A DNA stretch of 61,097 nucleotides, filler included, from Diploschistes diacapsis (taxonomy: Eukaryota), in NCBI GenBank assembly GCA_023645945.1. It is 4 parts of 4 records of this genome, joined end to end, with 100 filler letters (N's around TTAATTAATTAA, not from the genome) between each part and the next. Parts side by side here need not be neighbours in the genome. Positions count along the whole stretch, not along the records: positions 45,919 to 61,097 come from JALAIB010000568.1; 3 more parts are not named here. One strand, written 5' to 3'. Every line of letters begins with the position of its first letter. Position 1 is the first letter of the stretch. Shown here piece by piece: positions 52,606 through 61,097 of the stretch. A program made the translations under genes and the position numbers. Under the pieces are notes generated by a model. It made no database searches. It saw only the letters and a program-made list of their open reading frames with translations, and was not told where the DNA came from.

Positions 52606-53742
52606 TTCGACAAAAGCCTCACACCTTCAAACAGGGCCTATCTGTAGCTGAGCCAATCAATGGAGGTCGGACACTGCACGTCATTCGGCGCATCGCCGCC
52701 GAGGTCAACATGAGGTGGTCTCAGCATCCCCTATTTTGCATCGTGCAAAAAGTGTCACTGAAAGCCCATGGACTTCACATACTTTATCCATTAGACCAAT
52801 AACAGTACTGCTGGAGAACCTGCGGCAGCTGTCGTGCAATGCGCAAGGGTTGCTGATGATAATCAAAATGAAGTCCGTCGATTACGGTTGTAGTTGCGAG
52901 ATCCAGTGGTTATGTACAAGAACAAAGCGGCTGCACAATCCTGCAGGGGCCAGGAACGATGCACCCACACCTGAAAACTAGGCCAAATTAGGCATAAATC
53001 TAGCCAGAAGCTTGTCCGGATGAAAAGATTGTGCTATCTTCGCTATACTTACAAGGCTTAAAATTCGAATTATGTGGGAGGCACAGGCAAAGGCCTCTGC
53101 ACCATTGCATGTTCAATAGTCGGGTGCTCAATCTGGAGAACTAAGCCTATCATAGTAGGAACCAGCGGATATACTACACTGCGGTTTGCTCGGATTATTG
53201 CCTAGTTAGACATAGAATTCGAGCCTGGGAACAGCCGAACCTATTGGGCCTGCGAAGGTAGCATCTTGAAGGATGAGAGGTCGAGCGGGCAGTGTTCTTT
53301 TGCACTTGTATTCCCAGAGGAGCATAGACGGCTCAGTCGAAATTCTGGTATGTTTTGTAGCACCAAGAATGTTCCTAGTAATGGATTTTCTGTTACCCAA
53401 GTTGGACAGATATCCTTCCAGCAGCAAAGCTTCTCTTGCCCAAGTATCACAAGCATAGTTCTCGCTATATCAGGTAGAAGGGACCGCTGAGGTTTCAAGC
53501 CAGATCGTGGCTTTCCCCTATCTTCCAACAGTTGACCAACGAGTACAAATATTGAACTGGTGACACGTGCTTTGCGATCTCTTATGACTAAAGAGGGTGT
53601 ATTCAGCCAAGTTCGGGGGAGAATGAGTATGCAGAAGCGTCGCCGAAATAGTGAATCATGGACTCAGATAGCATGAAATCGTACAATCCCCATTCTCGTC
53701 TTAGGTATTATGACTATGGGTACACGGTATGCAAATAGCGAA

Positions 53743-54134
53743 CTAGTCCACACTTATTCCTTTGCTCTTAAGGTCCTTCTTAGCCACTTCAATTTCGTCC
53801 ATGAGACTCTTGTACGCTTCGGGAACGTCATTGAACGTAAAGATTCCGAGTCCCAGCTTGAAGAGGAGGTACGATCCGAAGGACACAAGGGCCCAGAAGG
53901 GGATCTGAGGATATCAGTAAGGAATTCTCAGACAAGAGGATCTGATGCAAGAAACGCACTACTGGTATCAGTTCCTCCTGGACCTTAGCATTGAACGGTA
54001 TGAGCTGCAAGAAGCATGCCAGGTAAAGCTGTGCCCTAAGGTCAGTGAAATTGATTCGCGCAATCGGAAATTGAAGCTTGACAGACCGATGAGACGAGGA
54101 GGCCTATTGAGATCGTCTGCTGAGCTCTGGTCAT
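53743..54134 (-). CDS. DPM3: Dolichol-phosphate mannosyltransferase subunit 3, 3 exons
   Basis: Spliced MTRAQQTISIGLLVSS|LYLACFLQLIP…LIPV|IPFWALVSFGSYLLFKLGLGIFTFNDVPEAYKSLMDEIEVAKKDLKSKGISVD*. Confidence 0.9.
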
Positions 54135-54299
54135 AGTATAGGTGCCCTGGGAGGTACCCGGTGCTTCCGCCCAATCAATCGGGGCAAAAAGGCAAGCCTC
54201 TCTTCCAAAATGCTGTACTGATGGATAAGACTGGTTGAATGACGGGCCTTAATAAAGGAATAGTAGTAGATGTTCAGTGAGAATCTTGCGCAGGGGAGA

Positions 54300-54610
54300 G
54301 GTGCCAAGAAACGAAAGTTAAAAAGGTCCCGGTATTCTGACCGTTATCTTAGGAGTATGCAAAATCGGGTGTACACGCAATATGCGGCGGAAGTTAATAG
54401 TGCAGCAGCAAGCAAGGTTAATATTGAGATTTTAAGCGTTTTTTTAAAACGCGATATTCTAGCTGAAAAATATATAGGTGCTTTTAATTCCTACAAGATA
54501 TATTATAAATTTAAATAACGTTATATTGTCGAGACAACTCAGCTTAGCGTCTATAATCTACCGAAATTAACGGTCATAATAACCGCTGCCGGACTAAAAT
54601 TGGTATATAA
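54300..54610. mobile_element. Short AT-rich, probably RIP-mutated repeat relic
   Basis: Local AT- and TpA-rich island. No family recognisable. Confidence 0.35.
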
Positions 54611-56428
54611 ACTTCAGCATGCACAATGCTTACTGCAGAACCCTGGGAAGTCTTATCATTCAGTTGTTTCAGCAGTTCTTGAACGAAGAGCGAGTTTGGT
54701 AACTGTCTCTATGGTTTAATCCAAATCGCAAGGTTTAAGGTTCACGTTGAAGGGAACAATGGGTGCCTGAGATACTTGACATGGTCGATGTAGTAAACGA
54801 CTGGTCAGTTTTCCTTTTCCTGCTTCTGATGTTTGGCACTCTTATGTTCATACAACCTCCAGTCGCATCCAACTGTTAGCACGAATCACTTCTTTTGTGC
54901 GTTGATTAACCAAAGAGTAGGGATTCAAGAGCCAAACAAAGTTGGACGAGCTAATAGTTGGACGCGGCTGGAGATTGTGGTTTTAAATAGATATATGAAG
55001 CGTTTGGAAGGTGCTCAGCCATTCAGAGCCGACAACTTCACGATCAACCGCGACGGTTTCTGCTAACGCAGTGGCAGATATCAAGCAGTGCGCAACAAGC
55101 CCATGGACACTATCTGTTTGAGAATCTATCAGGTAGTATCGGCAACAGTTACCAGGACACAAAGTGCGAACTGCGCACCTCCAGCACTCGCACTTCGGTC
55201 GGTGTTCTATTTGGACCTTAACTACGTCAAGACTTAGAGGAGGCATGATCTGCACTTCAGCTGATACAATCATTCGTTCATGGAACCGCAAGCAAACGGG
55301 GCTTGCACGTCGCTTCGTAGCGCTATTCGCTCAGAGCCTCTTATGCAATGGATGGCATGGCTTTCATACCGCCGGATGAACAATCTAGATGCCTAGCAAA
55401 CAAGATTGAGCATTGATCAAAAGAAATACAGCTATAATTATCTGTAGGATGTTATAACGACAACTCGCCAAGACAATGCAGGTCGTTGTCGCATGGCATG
55501 GCGTTGGCGTCATGATCTAGATGAGTCAGTCATTATTAGGCAACGCAACGGGGAGAGATTTGGCCCCGACCGGCGGCATATCCTTGGTGAGTTGTGTTTG
55601 CCACGAATGAGAGTGATGTTATAACTATGACTGTTAATCTGTAGGAAAGATACACTACGTACGTATACTTGTAGGTATCAAACACATCCGCAGCAGCAAG
55701 GCTTTGCACGCCGCCCAGGCAACAGTATTGCTCACAGTGCAATATGGCCATGAAATTTTGCAATAAGGGGTTTGACTTAAATCCTGCAGGCATCTTCCCA
55801 TGGCGTAGTCAAAGGAAGCTATTGTAATAGTAATCTGTTAGAAAGTCGCATTCTGTCTTCGAACAAGACGGAGTTGAGACGGAGTTTACTAATACTGGCT
55901 GCGGTCAACGGCAACTACGAAATTGATATACACGCTAGAAATAGAACAGAACGTTGATTACTTGATACAAGTTCCATGGAGTTAGACAGCTACTACTGCG
56001 GACATGGAGGTCAATCACTGCTGCTGCTTCTTATATGATTTTATGATTCTACGGTTCGTAAATTAACGTGTCCAGCGGTTTCTAGAATCCTATGAAGTCG
56101 CTAGCATATAGCAAGGATAGTTTGAAGGCTGCCTTCAGGACTGTGGACAGCCCATACTGTGGCAAAGCTTTTGCGTCCATCTCTACCGGGACTCTAGTAA
56201 GCCAGTATCTGCCAATGAGCAATCGATCAGGACGTCGAGAGATGATCAATCGTCAATATCCCTGAACACTACTACCTCAGCTCCAGGCCGAACAAATGGC
56301 AGTGCATACGTTGGCCTCAAAACTCAAGGGTGGTCTGTATGACTCTAGCCCATCCGGAGTTGAGTGCTGGCCAGATTCAATTGCTGCAGGCATTGTCCCA
56401 GAAGGTCACTAGTATCCCCCGGTCAAGT

Positions 56429-59037
56429 ATGAAGTCGTCGAACCCTATATCTGAGGACGGGCTCCCGTCGTCGGAGGCAGAAAATGCCGTCCCTTCTGTC
56501 CCTGATACTTTGCATACCGAATCTGGATCAGACAGTTCTAGCACTACTTCACCTATCTTACCCTACCAAGAGAGTAGCGCGGTATCTTCTCTCGATGTGG
56601 CCCTCGGTACCTTGACCTTATCCGAACCAACGGCGGACCGAATGTTTCGAGCCTTGGGAACCATCTTCGAAGCTTCGCAACTTCATGATCCACGCATCGC
56701 TGTCAATGTCCCTCCTGGCGAGGATGCATGGGCCGTGCTCCAGCGCGCCGATTCATACGAGAACAGCGGTTATATGGATATCCCTTCACTTGTTGTCGTG
56801 AAGGATGTGATGGATCAGATGCTTTTATATCAATCTCAATTTCTGCTTCCTGCATTAAGGCTTATCGCAGACAAGAGCCGAGAAGGTTTCGCTCCGTATC
56901 CTGACCTGAGTTAGAATTAGAATACTGATTACCTGTGCAGTGTCGTGGAGGCTTCCGTTTGGAGAAGCAGGTCTATTGAGCTTCGGCTCATCGGTATTGA
57001 CCACACTTGGCACATCGGATGATTTGAAAGTTCAAGCTTTACGACTTATTGGAAATGCCTGCGCTGATGCTGGTAACATCTAAGCGGCTTGGTATGCAAT
57101 GGAGAAGACTAATAGTCTTAGACGGAAATCGGCAGAGGTTGCTTCAATATGGCTTTCTACCGACTATTATCGAGCATATCAAGAACGCCAGCTTGACGAG
57201 CGTTGCGGTAACTGTGTTGTATAACATATGCTGTGACTTTGGTCGGTGAACTCCACGGTCATGATGTCAGTATAACTAACTCCCGCAGAACCTGCTCAGC
57301 TGCAAGCTTTTGGAAGCGAACTTCTACCATCATTGATTAGCCTCCTCGATGACAATACTTTGGACTCGACCCCTTCCTTTGGCTACCTCTGTCGCTTGTT
57401 CGACATGTGTGAAGGCAATGGTAAAGTAGTACCAAGTCCCAAAATCCAAATAGCTTGCTCTAACGGACACAGTCGACCTTAGTCTATCCCCCTATAACAC
57501 TGTTGAAGTTCTCCTGGAGACATCAATAAAAATAGGTATTGATGTTGACGACTCGGTGTCTCTGGCGGACGCAGCTCTTATACATCTGAAATTAGAGCGC
57601 TTTCAGAGTCATCTAATTGAAAACGACTATTTTCATCTTCCTCTGAAATTCCTAGTTCGAACATATTCTGCCGTCGCCGACCTTGAAGAAGAATTGCCCA
57701 ATGTTGCCTCTCTTGATACATCTATCCGGAGTCCGGAGGACGAAAGAGAATTTGCGAGGGTGCGTACTGCTGTAATTCAAGCACTGGCAGACATTTCTTC
57801 ACAGCCAGCTTTTATTATCAAGTACTCGCCTCTAAAAAATCCCACAACAGACAGTTTGAAAATGTGGCTTTCGGCACCACAGCCGCAACTTCAGCAAAGC
57901 TCGTGTATCGTATTGGGCAACCTGGCTTGTTCTGATGAAGTCTGCTGCCACATGGTATCTGACTCTTCCATAAGCAGGGGGCTTTTCGCGATTTTACAGT
58001 CCAGTCCAGATGCACAAGTGCTTCATGCAGCGCTCGGGTTTCTGCGCAACTTGGCTCTCCCCGAAGAAAACAAGAATGCACTTGGAGCTGCTGGGGCAAT
58101 TCAGGTCGTGAACAGGTTCTGGACCTCCGATTATCTGCCGCAAATATTACATCTCGCAGCTAGCGTAGTTAGGCAACTCGTCAATGGATCTCTGTCGAAT
58201 GTACGCAAGCTCTTGACTTCTCTTTCCTCGGACAAAGACAGTCCGGCTTTTTCTCGAACATATCTGTCACTCTTGTTGTCGGCATACGACAAGTCGGACC
58301 AAATTGCCGTCCGCACAGAGATTGCGAGAGTAATCACTGCGCTTTTACGATGCATCCATGGACATCAGACGTTACAGCCTGCAAAAGAAGAACTCCTTCT
58401 TCGATTATACGCTCTGCATCCGGGACTAGGAAAGCCACTTGCTGGAATGGTGGTGCAGACGCAGTTCCCAATCGTTCGCTCTGAAGGTTGGTTTGGCTTC
58501 GCGCTTGCCGCTCGCTCTGAACGAGGAAGATCGTTGATCAGCAGCGTTGTCGCCGACGTTACCGTCTTTGGGGCTCTTGAAAACGCCGTCAAGGGTGATT
58601 CCCGGCCTTCGCGAGCAGAAACGATGTCGCTCTCTGCGAGCCCGTTGAGCGCCTACGCCTCCCCTGTCAGCCCCGGCTCCCAAAGTGGGGCTTTGAGCCA
58701 GCGGCAACAGCAGCAGGAGATGAGGTCGAAAGACCGACAGAACGCAATGATACTCGTCAACGAGCTTCTACAGAATGGGGTAGGACTTCAATTCTCTGAT
58801 TTCTTCATCCCATCTTGGCGCTTCTTCCAGCTCTTGTATTGGTAGAGACATGATACACCTCATTTCAGCCTGATGTTGGCATTATGATGCGCACGAGATT
58901 TTCACGAACTGCACGACGAGAAACATTCTGGCAAGGTTCCATGGGCTGATGAGATGATACAGGATGAAGAAACTCTTAATCGAATAGAGCGCGATCAGCT
59001 CGAGGACCTATTGCATACTGGTTCCCGGGTGGACTAG
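56429..59037 (+). CDS. ARM-repeat protein, SmgGDS/RAP1GDS1/Bem4-like, multi-exon
   Basis: SRE|VSWRLPFGEAG, ALRLIGNACADA|DGNRQR, VLYNICCDF, CIVLGNLACSD, ALGFLRNLA, VRSEGWFGFALA, DRQNAMILV. Start (56339 or 56429) and last exon are inferred. Confidence 0.8.
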
Positions 59038-59818
59038 GCATCATCGACGACAGCATCAGCACGAGAAAATTCGCGGGGTGATTGGAACGTGCGAGGCGTT
59101 TTGCCTCATTTTGAGGCATTGAGAGATACCGTTTCCTCATTAAGGCCAGGGGTTGGCTTGCCATGCTCCACTTATTCTGATTCTGTTAGGTATTCCACTT
59201 TGTTCAAAATCCAAGCGCGCTGGGCTCGAGCATGTAGTATAATGCATATATGTGTTGACTATCTACCGCATCCGTGTCAACAAGCCGTCACATCAATTGC
59301 GTATAAAAATATGTACATAAGTCAGCAGTTAAGCCCACAGCCAAAGTTGATCCAGGGCAACTCTAGATATCAGAGTAAGCAGCCATGGATCGGACAGGCG
59401 GCATAGCAGAGTCTGGTATGAGCGTGGCCGTATGAGGACCTCGTGCAGGAATGGGCGCCAGGCCCGCCATGACCATGACTTGTTCGTAAGCACCACGAAG
59501 TAATCTTCTAAGCTCAGCCTCCATTTGAGCCGAGCCTCGTAGAAGCGTCCCGCAGTCACGCCGTTCCCACCACGCTGGGTGGTGCTGGGCTGCTACCAGT
59601 TAAGGGACTAGTTCCGTGTAGATGGGTTCATGAACGGTAAGCGTCCTGCGGATGAAACGGGCGGGAAGGATTCCTCGCATGGTCTATATGAAGGGAGCAT
59701 GGAGCATGATCCCTGAGTGCCGTAACACGGCATCCGCATTCAGCCACACAGGCAAGATCCCAGGCCCTGCTTTCAAAGCCCCAATGTGGCTGGTGCAGGT
59801 GCATTCCTGGGAGTACTA

Positions 59819-61095
59819 CAGTCACGTACCAAAAGTAATGGTCCCTACCTAAATTATAGTAGACATCACCAACTTTAGAGATGCGATGCGCACCCAAATA
59901 ATATCTTATAAATGCGCTTTTTAGATCATTTTAATGCCCTTTATTCGTAATATTTATTAATATTTTATTTATTACTTTTGCGCGTCGTATATAGCCTGAA
60001 TTCGCGTAGGTATTGAGTAGATTAATCGAGTAGGTAAATCCTACTCCCTATCTGCCGTAATTTGATCAAATGCCTCGATAATAGTAGCTTTTAAAGCCTG
60101 TTTCTTATTGTTCTTGCTCTCACGTATTGTTTTAAATTCTGGATGAAGCCGAAATACTTTTTCTTTTAATCTAAGTCAAAGATATTCTATAGCGTTCAAA
60201 TTTGGATTATATAATAGATAATCGAGAACCTAAACGCCGAGATTCTTTAAAAGCGTTTTAGCAGCGTTTATAATATGTATAGGAGCATTATCTTACAAAA
60301 AACCTTGTTTAGGTTCGTAGATTTAAGGCAAAATATCCTTTAATAAAGGATAATAAACATCGGCGGTAGTATTTCGTTCATTTATAGAGTAATTTTCGAA
60401 GAAATATTACACGACGCGTTTATCGGCTTTCATACCAGCTCAAAGTATAATGCTTTTTTTATTTCTAGCCGTTTTTGTTAGATGATCGGGAAGCTATTAT
60501 TCTCCTATATATCTTTATATCCATTTTCGTATTTTATTACTTCTTATTATTATGAAGCACTCGTCGGTGAACCAAATATTAGTAAAATCTTCGACGCGTT
60601 AAGTTCGATGTATTCGGGAGTACTTTAGGCGTTTTTCCGCATCTTTAGGCTCTAAATATGGCTTCTACCGTATTTTATATTTTTTGAAAGAGGGATCGAT
60701 GTCGCGGAATCTTCGGCGCATTGTATTTTTATTAATAAACGAGATTTCGAGCAATTCAGATTATTTAGATTCTGGATAGCGTTTAGCCGTTCGATAGAGC
60801 CTATTTTCTTGATTTTCGGACGTTGTTCGAGGTCTTCCGGAGCGTTTTAAATCATTTTAGTCTTTATTACGTTCTGAAACCTTTATTATTGTCTTTTTGG
60901 CTGTAGAATAAGGAATATTTAGTTTACTGACTGCATTTTTCAGGATAGTATCTGATCTGTATGCGCCTATAAGCTCAGAACGCTCCCAGAGCTTCAAACG
61001 ACGATATGGTGGCATTATTGTAGAAATAATAGTAGGCATTTATTGTTTATTTGCACCGATTTAACCGAGGGACCATTACTTTTGGACTAGTACTG
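59819..61095 (-). mobile_element. Complete Tc1/mariner (impala-like) DNA transposon, 1277 bp, RIP-inactivated
   Basis: TA target duplications (59817-18, 61096-97). 28-bp TIRs CAGTnnnnnnCCAAAAGTAATGGTCCCT (59819-59846, 61068-61095). Transposase relic from ATG 61015 with HTH, RSGRPR, WFTDEC, DNAPIH and PNLNAIE, interrupted by many stops. Confidence 0.92.
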
Positions 61096-61097
61096 TA

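Noticed and set aside
26768..54134. Apparent mannosylation cluster (PSA1 and DPM3)
   Set aside because: The genes are on different, artificially joined contigs.

Overview
Eukaryotic DNA from a filamentous ascomycete (Pezizomycotina-type introns with GT/CTRAC/YAG signals, and RIP-mutated transposons). The window is not one locus. It is four contigs (1-15213, 15314-30519, 30620-45818, 45919-61097; 15213, 15206, 15199 and 15179 bp, strictly descending) joined by 100-bp N44-TTAATTAATTAA-N44 spacers. Contig 1: EBP-family sterol isomerase, a 5-exon secreted 6-Cys protein with a decayed tandem paralog, HSP104, a Rec8-like kleisin and a C-factor-like SDR. Contig 2: AT-hook/C2H2 transcription factor, NCS6/CTU1, a small Cys/His microprotein, glycerol kinase, GDP-mannose pyrophosphorylase, and the 3' end and LTR of a RIP-mutated chromovirus. 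Contig 3: a CDS-free region with twin conserved hairpins, RCC1, a metallophosphoesterase, TMEM16/anoctamin, the bZIP KapC and a truncated ARP5. Contig 4: a frameshifted O-methyltransferase ending in SKL, tail-to-tail with a damaged P450, then AP-2 alpha, DPM3, a SmgGDS/Bem4-like ARM protein and a complete RIP-mutated Tc1/impala-like element. The best leads are the twin hairpins, the effector-like gene/pseudogene pair, the PTS1-bearing OMT-P450 relic and recurrent C-then-G skew inversions. All calls come from manual reading and recalled family motifs; no database search was run.
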